Origin: Acutalibacteraceae bacterium
Lineage (GTDB): Bacteria; Bacillota; Clostridia; Oscillospirales; Acutalibacteraceae
NCBI GenBank assembly: GCA_045661365.1
Contig: JAZRFL010000028.1
Span: 1-44,073, forward strand
Reading direction: 5' to 3'
Length of the DNA stretch: 44,073 nt
The position numbers were made by a program, and so were the translations under genes. The notes beneath the pieces were generated by a model. It worked only from the letters and a program-made list of their open reading frames with translations. It searched no databases and was not told the DNA's origin. This document shows, in pieces, positions 26,320 through 35,420 of this stretch (position 1 is its first letter; the number at the start of each line of letters is the position of its first letter).

Positions 26320-27381
26320 ATGGCAAATGAACCTTATGAAAATGATCAAGTGGTAAACGACGTGGAACAACCGGTTTCGCAACCGGAAGCCCAACCCCAA
26401 CTGCAAGAGGTATATACCACACAAGAGGCATTAAGTCATCCTCAAACCAAGCAATTGAAAAAGTTGCGGTATTTTGACTTGTCCACCCGCAGAAACTTCA
26501 TGGGTTATTGGTTTATTTTACCCTTTGCCATTGGTTTTCTGCTCATCTACTTACCTGCATTGATCGAAGCCTTCCGCTTCAGTACCCACGACATTATTAC
26601 TTCTTCCGGTACCATGTACACCCTGGAAACCAACAAAGAAGGTTTGTGGTACTACTACAACACCGCTTTGGTCAAAGACCCGGACTTTATCCGCGGTATT
26701 TGGGAATCCATGGCAAGCATGTTGCTCAACGTGGTGATCATCATCATTTATTCCTTGCTGATGGCGACCATTTTGAACCGAAACATTGCCGGTAAGAGCT
26801 TTTACCGTGCTATGCTGTTCCTGCCTGTTATTGTAGCGACCGGTATTATTGCCACCGCTGAAAACTTCGAGGTTACCACCAACATGGTACAAGATATTGA
26901 AGCGGCTTCGGCAGGTGCTTCGGGCAGTATCTTTAACGAATTCGGTATTGAACAGCTTATGATGTCGCTGAATATTAACGATACCTTGTCAGGAATCGTT
27001 GTAGCGGCAATTGGTAACTTGTACGGTATCATTACCTGCTCGGGCGTACAGCTCATCATCTTCTTGGCAGGTCTGCAATCCATTTCTCCCTCCATTTACG
27101 AGTCGGCTACCGTAGAAGGTGCCACTTGGTGGGAAAGCTTTTGGAAAATCACCATCCCCATGATCAGCCCCTTGATTTTGGTAAATACGGTGTATACCAT
27201 CGTTGACTCCTTTACCCAATACGGCAATCAGGTTATGGATGAGATTTACAAATTGATCAGCGAAAATGCATCTTACTCCGACGCGGCTGCCCGTTCCTTT
27301 GTGTACTTGGCTGTGGTTGGTGTACTGATTGCCATCGTTGTGCCCGTTGTCAACAAGTTTGTTTTCTATGAAAACAAGTAG
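26320..27381 (+). CDS. Sugar ABC transporter permease (CUT1, MalF-like) with a roughly 60-aa acidic/Q-rich N-terminal extension
   Basis: EAA loop YESATVEGATWWESFWKITIPMISP. The start is 3 nt after the upstream stop, and a GGAAAGGAGGG RBS lies inside the upstream gene end. Confidence 0.9.
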   Translation: MANEPYENDQVVNDVEQPVSQPEAQPQLQEVYTTQEALSHPQTKQLKKLRYFDLSTRRNFMGYWFILPFAIGFLLIYLPALIEAFRFSTHDIITSSGTMYTLETNKEGLWYYYNTALVKDPDFIRGIWESMASMLLNVVIIIIYSLLMATILNRNIAGKSFYRAMLFLPVIVATGIIATAENFEVTTNMVQDIEAASAGASGSIFNEFGIEQLMMSLNINDTLSGIVVAAIGNLYGIITCSGVQLIIFLAGLQSISPSIYESATVEGATWWESFWKITIPMISPLILVNTVYTIVDSFTQYGNQVMDEIYKLISENASYSDAAARSFVYLAVVGVLIAIVVPVVNKFVFYENK

Positions 27382-27408
27382 TCCACTCAATGATTTGGAG
27401 GTGTTAAA

Positions 27409-28392
27409 ATGGAAGCTACTGAAAAAATGCCGGTAAAGAAACAATCTCGGTTGGCTCGTAAAATGCGCAGTAAAATGGCAAAATCGGGCTTGGTACAAAT
27501 GTCCAGCAATTTCCTTTGCCACATTATCTTGATCGGTATTGTATTTATGATACTGTTTCCGTTTATTGAAAAACTTTGCACCATGTTTTTGAGCTATGAG
27601 GACCTTGCTGACACCACGGTACAATACGTTCCCAAAAACTGGTCGTTAGACACGTTGCGCGAAACCATGGACGCCATGAAATATTGGACTTCCTTGACCC
27701 ACACCGTTTTGCTGTGCGTACTTAGCTCGGTTCTGCAAACTTTGAGCTGTACTTTGGTCGCTTACGGTTTTGCCCGTTACAAATTCCCTGGCCGTGGCAT
27801 TTTGTTTGCCTGCGTGCTGTTGGTATTGTTGATTCCGCCCCAGGTTATCATGACTTCGTTGTTTATGAACTTCAGCTTCTTTAACTTCCTTGGTCTGCCA
27901 ACCTTAATTGCCGGCGCACCCATCAACATTACCAAAGGTGTATGGCCCTTTATCCTTATGTCGGTTACGGCCATTGCCTTTAAAAACTCGCTGTACATTT
28001 ACATGCTCCGTCAGTTCTTCCGTGGTTTGCCCACCGAAATTGAAGAAGCCGGCATGATCGACGGTTCGGGTCACTTTGGTGTGTTCTTCCGTCTTATGCT
28101 GCCCAATGCGGTTCCTATGATGGTTACGATCGTTCTGTTTGCCTTCTCTTGGCAATGGACCGACAACTACTACTCCGCATTGTTCCTGGACGGCGGCGAA
28201 TTTTTACCCTTGTCGTTGCAATTAAATGCCATTAAGGCTTATTTGCCCAACGACACTCGTATTACCCCCAACTACCGCGAAGCTTTGGTTGGTACCGGCA
28301 TTTTGCTGGTAATCGCTCCCTTGTTCCTGCTCTACTTGGTAGGTCAACGTTTCTTTGTACAAGGGATTTCACAAAGTGGTATTGTGGGATAA
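27409..28392 (+). CDS. Sugar ABC transporter permease (CUT1, MalG-like)
   Basis: EAA loop EIEEAGMIDGSGHFGVFFRLMLPNAVP. A GGAGG RBS precedes the start. Confidence 0.9.
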   Translation: MEATEKMPVKKQSRLARKMRSKMAKSGLVQMSSNFLCHIILIGIVFMILFPFIEKLCTMFLSYEDLADTTVQYVPKNWSLDTLRETMDAMKYWTSLTHTVLLCVLSSVLQTLSCTLVAYGFARYKFPGRGILFACVLLVLLIPPQVIMTSLFMNFSFFNFLGLPTLIAGAPINITKGVWPFILMSVTAIAFKNSLYIYMLRQFFRGLPTEIEEAGMIDGSGHFGVFFRLMLPNAVPMMVTIVLFAFSWQWTDNYYSALFLDGGEFLPLSLQLNAIKAYLPNDTRITPNYREALVGTGILLVIAPLFLLYLVGQRFFVQGISQSGIVG

Positions 28393-28400
28393 AAAACCAC

Positions 28401-28429
28401 TTGTTTTTTGGGCAAGGTTGTGTTATAAT
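28401..28429 (+). promoter_or_regulatory. SigA promoter TTGTTT-N17-TGtTATAAT dedicated to the second SBP gene
   Basis: TATAAT at 28424-28429 with a TG extension at 28421-28422. The -10 element lies inside the inverted repeat GGGCAAG/CTTGCCC (28410-28416/28434-28440). Confidence 0.6.
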
Positions 28430-28507
28430 GATCTTGCCCCGAAATACTCTGTTTAGAAATATGGGTATACATATTTTTAATAAAACAAATTTAAGGAGAT
28501 GTCACAC

Positions 28508-30307
28508 ATGAAAACAAACCTGATGAGATTGATTTCCCTGGTATTGGTTCTCATGGTTGCTCTGGTTGCCTTTGCAGCTTGCGGCGCTGAAGAAGAAGCT
28601 CCCAAAACTTCTGCTCCCGCCTCTACTGCTCCCAGTACCCCTGCACCCGAAACTGAACCTCCCGTAGAGGAAATCGTTGACGCCGTAGAAGGCGACCCCT
28701 TCACCCTTGGCGCCGAAACCACCGACGTCTTGTTGATTATGAACAACGAGACCAATGAACGTTCTGTTCAAGTTTTGGAAAAATCCACCATGGACAAAGT
28801 TCGCGCTTTTGTATTGCCCGTAGAAGGCTTTACCATGGAAATCCTTGACAAAGACGGCAAAAAGGTAGAAGATACCGCTGTTGTTGCCGAAGGCATGACC
28901 ATTCAATTCGTTGCCGCTGACGGCACCGTAAGCGATGTTAAATTGCCCATCGTGATCAAAACTGCCGAGGAATTGGAAGGCGTTGTATCCGATAATCTCC
29001 CCCCTGTTGTTACTCCTCCCGCTGACGGCGGAAATAACGGTGGCGGAAACAATGGCGGCGGCACCGTTACCCCCCCTCCCAGTGGTGGCACCAACCACAA
29101 CATCAGCATCAACTTGGCCTCTATCTGGGTTGCCAACTACTCCGCTGCTGATGCCAACGGTAAAGCTTGGGCCAATGCCTTGAATGCTATGAAAAACAAG
29201 GGCATCAAAACCAACATTAGCGCTTTGGATGCCAACTCCGCTACCGACACCATCGTAAAAGAAGTTATGGCCGGTAAATCCAGCGCTGACGTTTATGACA
29301 TTTCTCAAGTTATGTGCCGCAACGTTGCCAAGAAAAAGGCCGCTGCTAATATGTATGCTTCTACCACTTTGAACAAATCTTTGTTCCAATGTGCCGCTAC
29401 CGAATCGGTTACCTTTAAAGGCAAAGCTTACGGTGTAACCTGGGCTTCCAAATCGGTTAACCCCATGGGCGTTATCTACAACAAAGACTTGATCAAAAAA
29501 TACGCTGCCAACTATGACATCGTAAAATTGTACAACGAAAAGAAATGGGATTTCGACAACTTCCAAGCTATCGCCAAAGCTTGCACCGTTGACACCGACG
29601 GTAACGGCAAATCCGATATCTACGGTTTCACCTCTAACACCAACGTTATCGGTATGGCTTTGACCTCCAATGCCGGTGGTACCGCTTTGAAAGTAAACGA
29701 AAAAGTTGAAGCCACCATGTGCAACGAAGCCGGTATCAAAGCTCTTGAATGGTGCAAAGAAATGTTCAAGACCGACAAATCCTGGCTGTACAAAGCTGAC
29801 ATCAACCAATGCGTAAGTGAATTTGCAGGCGGCAAAGCTGCTATGTTCGTTTCTTACTTGCAATTCTATCCCCAAATCGCTGCTCAAGCCAACTTCAACA
29901 TCGGTTTCGTTCTCATGCCCAAGGGCCCCGCTCAAAGCAACTACAGAAACGGTGTTTATGATGGTGCCTACTACGTAGTTCCCACCACCAAAGTTGCTCG
30001 CTTGAACGACGTAGGTACTTGGTTGAACGAATTGGCTACCGGTACCAGCTCTGCTTTCTTGAACAACAAAGTAAAAGACTTGGCTAAGAACGGTTTCGAC
30101 GCCAAATCTCAAGAAATCTACAAATGGGTAGTTAACAACATGACTCCCGAATACTCTTCCGGTGTATTCTCTTCCAGCATTTCTTCTGAAGTTGACAACT
30201 CTGTTACTTCTGCTGCCAAACAACCTGCCAAGGTTATGGCTTCTATCAAAACCAAGGCTCAAAAAGAATGCGACGACTACTATGCTGAAATCTACGCTTT
30301 GAGCTAA
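28508..30307 (+). CDS. Extracellular solute-binding lipoprotein (family 1) with an N-terminal low-complexity linker, extra small domain and G/N/P linker
   Basis: I used the ATG at 28508, 9 nt after AAGGAG. The ORF-track start at 28499 abuts the RBS. Lipobox VAFAA-C. The SBP-like core runs from about aa 200 to the end. Confidence 0.85.
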   Translation: MKTNLMRLISLVLVLMVALVAFAACGAEEEAPKTSAPASTAPSTPAPETEPPVEEIVDAVEGDPFTLGAETTDVLLIMNNETNERSVQVLEKSTMDKVRAFVLPVEGFTMEILDKDGKKVEDTAVVAEGMTIQFVAADGTVSDVKLPIVIKTAEELEGVVSDNLPPVVTPPADGGNNGGGNNGGGTVTPPPSGGTNHNISINLASIWVANYSAADANGKAWANALNAMKNKGIKTNISALDANSATDTIVKEVMAGKSSADVYDISQVMCRNVAKKKAAANMYASTTLNKSLFQCAATESVTFKGKAYGVTWASKSVNPMGVIYNKDLIKKYAANYDIVKLYNEKKWDFDNFQAIAKACTVDTDGNGKSDIYGFTSNTNVIGMALTSNAGGTALKVNEKVEATMCNEAGIKALEWCKEMFKTDKSWLYKADINQCVSEFAGGKAAMFVSYLQFYPQIAAQANFNIGFVLMPKGPAQSNYRNGVYDGAYYVVPTTKVARLNDVGTWLNELATGTSSAFLNNKVKDLAKNGFDAKSQEIYKWVVNNMTPEYSSGVFSSSISSEVDNSVTSAAKQPAKVMASIKTKAQKECDDYYAEIYALS

Positions 30308-30331
30308 TAGTCAAGTATAATTTGTAATTCG

Positions 30332-30367
30332 TCTTGTGCCGAGGTTTCCTCGGCACAAGATTGTTTT
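30332..30367 (+). terminator. Rho-independent terminator
   Basis: 13-bp perfect stem TCTTGTGCCGAGG/CCTCGGCACAAGA (30332-30344/30348-30360) followed by TTGTTTT. Confidence 0.85.
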
Positions 30368-30401
30368 AAACACAAGTATAACCCTAAGGAGGAAGTAAAC
30401 T

Positions 30402-31994
30402 ATGAAACGCATTATTAGTGCTTTGTTAGTTGTCATGCTTCTTTGCTCCATGTTTGTTGTAAGTGTTGCCGCTGAAAATGCTGACAGCACCATTATGATT
30501 CCTGCCAGCAAATTGGAAAAGAAGTTTGTGGTTGACGGCAACCTGGATATTTGGTATCTCAATGCCGATGACGAAACTCCCAAAAATGACGGCAACTACT
30601 ATCAATATGTGGCTTTGAGCCCCATTGAAAAATCCGATGGTGTTTCCTATTACGCCGACCCTGTTACCTTTGCTCAAGGTTGGACCGCATGGGATGATGA
30701 CTATGTATATATTTACGTAAAAGTATGGGATGATCATCTGGTTAAGTTTGACCCCAGCGGCGCTCATGCCGGTATGGACTCTTCGGCTGCTGACTGTGTT
30801 GGTGTCTTCTTTGACCCCGACCCCAACAGCCAAACCCATGAATTTGTTTATGATACCGACAAACATAACGGTAACATTATCGACGAAATCCAAAAAGAAG
30901 CTCCCCTGGACAACTTCTTTGCTCAAACCAGCGACCCCGAACAAGGTGATACCCAGTTCCGTTGGCGTCCTTTGGAAGACCAAATCGACGACTATCACAA
31001 CGTAGTTAAACCCGGTTACAACGGTGTAACTTTTGCTGATTACATCACCAACACCGACAACCTGGTTACTTTTACTTTTGAAAACGATCCTATCATCGTA
31101 GAAGAAACCGGTACCGAAGTTACCTCCGGTTTTGGTTTTGAAGTTCGTTTGCCCCGCAACAACGACAAATCCAATTCTTATCGTTTCCATTTGTATGCTG
31201 CCAACTCTTCCGACGAAAACTGGAGCCGCTATACCTTGGCTACCGGTAACGCTTGGTGGATGCAATACGATACCGCATGGGGCGTATATTATTATGATGA
31301 TGCTCCCTTCTTCAACCAAAGTGAAGAACAATTGGCTACCAAAGGCGTAATGTATACCGATTCTGAAATCAACTTGCGCGGTCCTGCCGGTGCTGTGGTT
31401 GAAAAAATCAAGGCATTGGGCAACGTAACTGCTGCCGACAAAGACAAGGTTTTGGCTTTGAAAGCTGAATACGATGCTTTGACCGTGATCGAAAAAGGTT
31501 ACGTAGAATACAAAGATTGCCTTGAAACCTTGGAAGCTGCTGTAGAAGCCGTTGGCGGAGATGTAACTCCTCCCGACAACACCGACCAAGAAGCCGCCGA
31601 TGCTGTTATGGCTCAAATCGATGCTTTGAACGTACAATCCTTGGACGATGAAGCCGCTGTTGTAGCCGCTCGCACCGCTTATGATGCTTTGACCGATGCT
31701 CAAAAAGCTTTGGTTACCAATTTGGCTAAATTGGAAGCCGCCGAAGCCGCTATTGCTGCTTTGAAAGCTGACGTTCCCGGCCCTGCCGTAAAATACGGTG
31801 ACGTAAACGGCGACGGAAAAGACGATGCTGCCGATGCTTTGGACGTTCTGAAATCGGTTGTTGGTAAAGTAAGCTTTAATGCAGATCAATTTAAAGCTGC
31901 CGATACCGACGGCGACGGCAAAGCCGATGCGGCTGACGCTTTGAACATCCTGAAAAAGGTTGTAGGCAAATTGGATAAATATCCCGTAGAATAA
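30402..31994 (+). CDS. Secreted CBM9-like (DOMON-type) domain protein with one helical repeat and C-terminal dockerin (paralog 1)
   Basis: Signal peptide present. CBM9-like signature: KKFVVDGNLDIWY...TAWDDDYVYIYVKVWDD...FFDPDPNSQTH. Repeat: AARTAYDALTDAQKALVTNLAKLEAAE. Dockerin: YGDVNGDGKDDAADALDVLKSVVG...DTDGDGKADAADALNILKKVVG. Confidence 0.85.
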   Translation: MKRIISALLVVMLLCSMFVVSVAAENADSTIMIPASKLEKKFVVDGNLDIWYLNADDETPKNDGNYYQYVALSPIEKSDGVSYYADPVTFAQGWTAWDDDYVYIYVKVWDDHLVKFDPSGAHAGMDSSAADCVGVFFDPDPNSQTHEFVYDTDKHNGNIIDEIQKEAPLDNFFAQTSDPEQGDTQFRWRPLEDQIDDYHNVVKPGYNGVTFADYITNTDNLVTFTFENDPIIVEETGTEVTSGFGFEVRLPRNNDKSNSYRFHLYAANSSDENWSRYTLATGNAWWMQYDTAWGVYYYDDAPFFNQSEEQLATKGVMYTDSEINLRGPAGAVVEKIKALGNVTAADKDKVLALKAEYDALTVIEKGYVEYKDCLETLEAAVEAVGGDVTPPDNTDQEAADAVMAQIDALNVQSLDDEAAVVAARTAYDALTDAQKALVTNLAKLEAAEAAIAALKADVPGPAVKYGDVNGDGKDDAADALDVLKSVVGKVSFNADQFKAADTDGDGKADAADALNILKKVVGKLDKYPVE

Positions 31995-32072
31995 TTTAAT
32001 TCCGCAAAAACCGCTTTCCGTTTGGTAAGCGGCTTTTGTGGATTTAGGTTGGCAGACCTTATATCTGCCAAT

Positions 32073-32117
32073 CTCTCCGTGCACCGAGGTTACCGCCTCG
32101 GTGTACGGAGAGGTTTT
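32073..32117 (+). terminator. Rho-independent terminator (17-bp stem)
   Basis: CTCTCCGTGCACCGAGG / CCTCGGTGTACGGAGAG with one G-U pair and loop TTACCG, followed by GTTTT. Confidence 0.85.
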
Positions 32118-32183
32118 AAACAAAAGCACATAAGGTCTATCGGTAATGGTAACCGTTTGTGCTTTTAGTAGGAGGAATTCAAA

Positions 32184-35153
32184 ATGATAAAACGAATTTT
32201 GAGTGCGTTGCTGGTTATGGCATTGCTTTGCTCTATGTATGTTGTAGGCGTACAAGCGGAAAATGCCGACAGTACCGTGATGATTCCCGCAAACAAATTG
32301 GATAAAAAGTTTGTGGTAGACGGTAACTTAGATATTTGGTATATCAACGACGGCGAGGAAGTCGGCGCCAACGACGGTAACTATTATCAATATATCGAGT
32401 TATCCCCTATTGAAAAAATTGACGGTGTTACCTTCTATTCCGAACCCGTTACCTTTTCTCAGGTGTGGACCGCTTGGGATAGTAATTACGTATACATTTA
32501 TGTAAAAGTATGGGACGATAAACTCATCGACTATGACCCCAGCGGCATTCACGCAGGCCAAAACTCCTCGGCCGCTGACTCACTTGAAATTTGGTTCGAC
32601 CCCGACCCCAACAGCCAAACCTACAATTTCACCACCGATGCCAACGGCAAAATCATTGGCGAAACCAAAAAAGCCAATCCTACCGACGGTTTTTATAACC
32701 AAACAGGCGATACCGCTCAAGGGGACGTGCAGGTTCGTTTGATTGCTTACGACATGGAACGTCACGACTATTACGACAAAGTTAACCCCGGTTACAACGG
32801 AGTCAATTTTGCTAACTGGGTATGGAATAAAGAGAACTTCTGTACCTTTACCTTTGAAAATGACCCCGTGGAAGTGTCTACCGGCGCCACTGTTTCCAAA
32901 GGGTACGGGGTAGAAGCCCGCTTCCCCCGTCGGGATGACTCCACCGGCCGTTATCAATTCCACGTTGCCGCCAACAACTCTGCCGATGAAACCGGTTTGC
33001 AATATGCTTTGGCAACCGGCGAAGCATGGTGGATGCGTTACGACACCGCTTGGAGCGTAGACTATGTAGATAATGCCCCCTTCTTTAACCAAAGCGCCGC
33101 CCAATTGGCCACCAAAGGCGTTATGTATACCGATTCGGAATACAACAAAGCCAGCGCCGGCGGTAAATTGGTAACCAAAATTGCCGCGTTGGGTAACGTT
33201 ACGGTGTCTGACAAAGATAAGGTAAATGCCTTGAAAGCCGAGTACGACAAACTGTCTGTGTTGGATCAAGGTTACGTACAATATAAAAACTATGACGTAC
33301 TGGAAGAAGCCTTGGAAATCGTCAATGCAGTTGTGGTTGACCCCAACCAAACTGCCGCCGATTCGGTTATGGCAAAGATCAATGCCATTCCTTCCACCGT
33401 TACCTTGGCCGCCAAAAGCACCGTAACTGCCGCTCGTACGGCTTATAATGCTTTGACCGACACCCAAAAAGGTTTGGTTACCAATCTTGCCAAATTGACT
33501 GCGGCGGAAAAAACCATTGCCGATTTGGAAAAAACCGAGGGAGACAAAGCCGCCGCCAAGGTGGTAAGTGATAAGATCGCCGCCTTGCCTGCCAACATTG
33601 CTTTGACAGACAAAGCCGCCGTGACCGACGCTCGGTCTGCTTACAACGGTTTGACCGACCTGCAAAAGACCTACGTAACCAATTTGAGCAAACTGACCGC
33701 CGCTGAAAAGGCTATTGCCAATTTGGAAATCCAAGCAGGGGACAAAGCCGCCGCCGACGAGGTGGTTGCTAAAATTGCCGCTTTACCCGACACCATTACC
33801 TTGCAAAATGAATCGGCTGTTGTAGCCGCTCGTACCGCTTACGAGCAACTGAACGTGACGCAACAAGCCTTTGTGGACAATTTGGAAAAGCTGGAAGCCG
33901 CCGAAAAAACCATTGCTACCTTGAAAAAGGTGGAGGCAGACAAAGCCGCCGCCGGGGTAGTGATCGACAAGATCGCCGCTTTGCCCGATGAAATTACCGC
34001 CGCCGACAAGTCTGCCGTTGCCGCTGTGCGAACTTCCTACAGTTTGTTGACCGACGAACAAAAGGAATACGTAACCAACTACCAAAAATTGGTAGATGCC
34101 GAAAAAACAATTGCCGAATCGGAAGCTACCGGTGCTGACAAAGAGGCCGCAGAAGTGGTTGACTATTTGATCGATGCCATTCCCGAAACGGTTACCATAG
34201 GTGACAAAGCTTATTTGCAAATTGTGCGGGATGAATATGAATTGCTCAATGACACCCAAAAAGCATTGGTTTCCAATTATTTAAAATTGGAAAATGCCGA
34301 AAAAGCCATTGCTACCATGGAACAGTCTGCCGCCGATCGTGCCGCCGCCCGTGTGGTCAGCGATCAGATCGCCGCTTTGTCCGATCCCATTGCGTTAGAG
34401 GACAAAGCCGCTGTGGAAGCCGCCCGTGCCGCTTACAAAGAACTTTCCGAAGCGCAACAAGCGTTGGTTTATAATTTGGCGGCATTGGAACAAGCCGAGC
34501 GAGATTTGGTGGATCTGGCAAAAGCAGAGGCGGACAAAGCCGCCGCCAAAGCAGTCAGCGACCAAATTGCCGCCTTGCCCGAAACCGTTACGGCCGAAAA
34601 CGTGGCCGACGTGGTTGCCGCAAGAGAAGCGTATACTTTGCTGACCGAAGAGCAAAAAGTGTTAGTGACCAATTATCAGACGTTGTTAGATGCCGAGCAA
34701 ACGCTTGCCGATTTGGAAAAGAGTGAAGCCGACAAGCAAGCCGCCCTTGCGGTAGAGGCTATGATCGAGGCGATTCCTGCCGAGGTTACCTTAGACGTAA
34801 AAGAAGCGGTAGCCGCCGCACGATCTGCCTACAACGATTTGACCGATCTGCAAAAGACCTTGGTTGGCAATTACCAAAAATTGGTGGATGCCGAAAAAGT
34901 CATAGCTGATTTGGAAAACCCCGTCGTTCCGCCTGCTCCGCAAGTGGTTTACGGCGATATAGACGGAGATGGCAAGGTTACCGCCGCCGATGCGTTGGAA
35001 GTTTTGAAAAGCGTAGTTGGCAAGACCACCTTGACCGACGAACAATTCACCGCCGCCGACACCGACGGAAACGACAAAGCCGATGCCGCCGATGCTTTGA
35101 ATATCCTCAAAAAAGTGGTTGGCAAGATCGATAAATTCCCCGTAGAAGGCTAA
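32184..35153 (+). CDS. Secreted CBM9-like domain protein with eight 66-aa helical repeats and C-terminal dockerin (paralog 2)
   Basis: 989-aa ORF. Its N-terminal 380 aa is collinear with paralog 1. It has a repeat array and a dockerin YGDIDGDGKVTAADALEVLKSVVG...DTDGNDKADAADALNILKKVVG. Confidence 0.88.
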   Translation: MIKRILSALLVMALLCSMYVVGVQAENADSTVMIPANKLDKKFVVDGNLDIWYINDGEEVGANDGNYYQYIELSPIEKIDGVTFYSEPVTFSQVWTAWDSNYVYIYVKVWDDKLIDYDPSGIHAGQNSSAADSLEIWFDPDPNSQTYNFTTDANGKIIGETKKANPTDGFYNQTGDTAQGDVQVRLIAYDMERHDYYDKVNPGYNGVNFANWVWNKENFCTFTFENDPVEVSTGATVSKGYGVEARFPRRDDSTGRYQFHVAANNSADETGLQYALATGEAWWMRYDTAWSVDYVDNAPFFNQSAAQLATKGVMYTDSEYNKASAGGKLVTKIAALGNVTVSDKDKVNALKAEYDKLSVLDQGYVQYKNYDVLEEALEIVNAVVVDPNQTAADSVMAKINAIPSTVTLAAKSTVTAARTAYNALTDTQKGLVTNLAKLTAAEKTIADLEKTEGDKAAAKVVSDKIAALPANIALTDKAAVTDARSAYNGLTDLQKTYVTNLSKLTAAEKAIANLEIQAGDKAAADEVVAKIAALPDTITLQNESAVVAARTAYEQLNVTQQAFVDNLEKLEAAEKTIATLKKVEADKAAAGVVIDKIAALPDEITAADKSAVAAVRTSYSLLTDEQKEYVTNYQKLVDAEKTIAESEATGADKEAAEVVDYLIDAIPETVTIGDKAYLQIVRDEYELLNDTQKALVSNYLKLENAEKAIATMEQSAADRAAARVVSDQIAALSDPIALEDKAAVEAARAAYKELSEAQQALVYNLAALEQAERDLVDLAKAEADKAAAKAVSDQIAALPETVTAENVADVVAAREAYTLLTEEQKVLVTNYQTLLDAEQTLADLEKSEADKQAALAVEAMIEAIPAEVTLDVKEAVAAARSAYNDLTDLQKTLVGNYQKLVDAEKVIADLENPVVPPAPQVVYGDIDGDGKVTAADALEVLKSVVGKTTLTDEQFTAADTDGNDKADAADALNILKKVVGKIDKFPVEG
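33339..34928 (+). repeat. Eight tandem coding repeats of about 198 bp (66-68 aa)
   Basis: Each unit reads DKAAAxVVxxKIAALPxxITLxDKxAVxAARxAYxxLTDxQKxxVTNxxKLxxAEKxIAxLExxEA. The units are diverged at the DNA level but strictly in phase. Confidence 0.9.
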
Positions 35154-35420
35154 GTTTATCTAAAAAAGCCGCCGAACTTGATTTGGCGGCTTTTTGTGTA
35201 TTCATTGGTTGGTTCGTTTGGGATTATATCTCCCCAAAAATCGTATAAAAGGAGGATCTCCTATGAAAAAAATCATTAGTATCTTTTTGATCATGGCTTG
35301 CTTGGCAACTGTGTTGGTTTTGCCTGCTACTGCCGCTACCGATCCGGTAATCGCCATTCCTGCCGGCAGGTTGGAAAAAAAGTTTGTGGTTGACGGTAAC
35401 TTGGATATTTGGTATTTGAG
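34710..35420 (+). repeat. Copy A of a near-identical segment (last repeat, dockerin, terminator, spacer, RBS, signal peptide)
   Basis: It aligns without indels to 36811-37521 at a constant offset of 2101 nt. Only scattered substitutions are seen through 35160, and divergence increases after about 35290. Confidence 0.9.
35162..35195 (+). terminator. Rho-independent terminator
   Basis: AAAAAA-GCCGCC...GGCGGC-TTTTT (stem 35168-35173/35185-35190). Confidence 0.75.

Noticed and set aside
28502-30262. Very long antisense ORFs: 586 aa here, plus 30426-32255, 32580-33734, 37502-38713, 22212-23282, 23980-24927, 16410-17096 and 18339-19181 on the minus strand.
   Set aside because: Each is in exact codon register with a well-supported plus-strand gene that has an RBS, a signal peptide and family motifs. 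Their translations are low-complexity and G/V/F-rich with no motifs. They are shadow ORFs produced by avoidance of TTA, CTA and TCA codons on the sense strand.
33339-34928. A regular 198-bp periodicity that could superficially suggest a CRISPR-like or satellite array.
   Set aside because: The repeats are in-frame coding units of a single ORF with a conserved amino-acid consensus. They have no short identical direct repeats or unique spacers, and no cas genes are present in the window.
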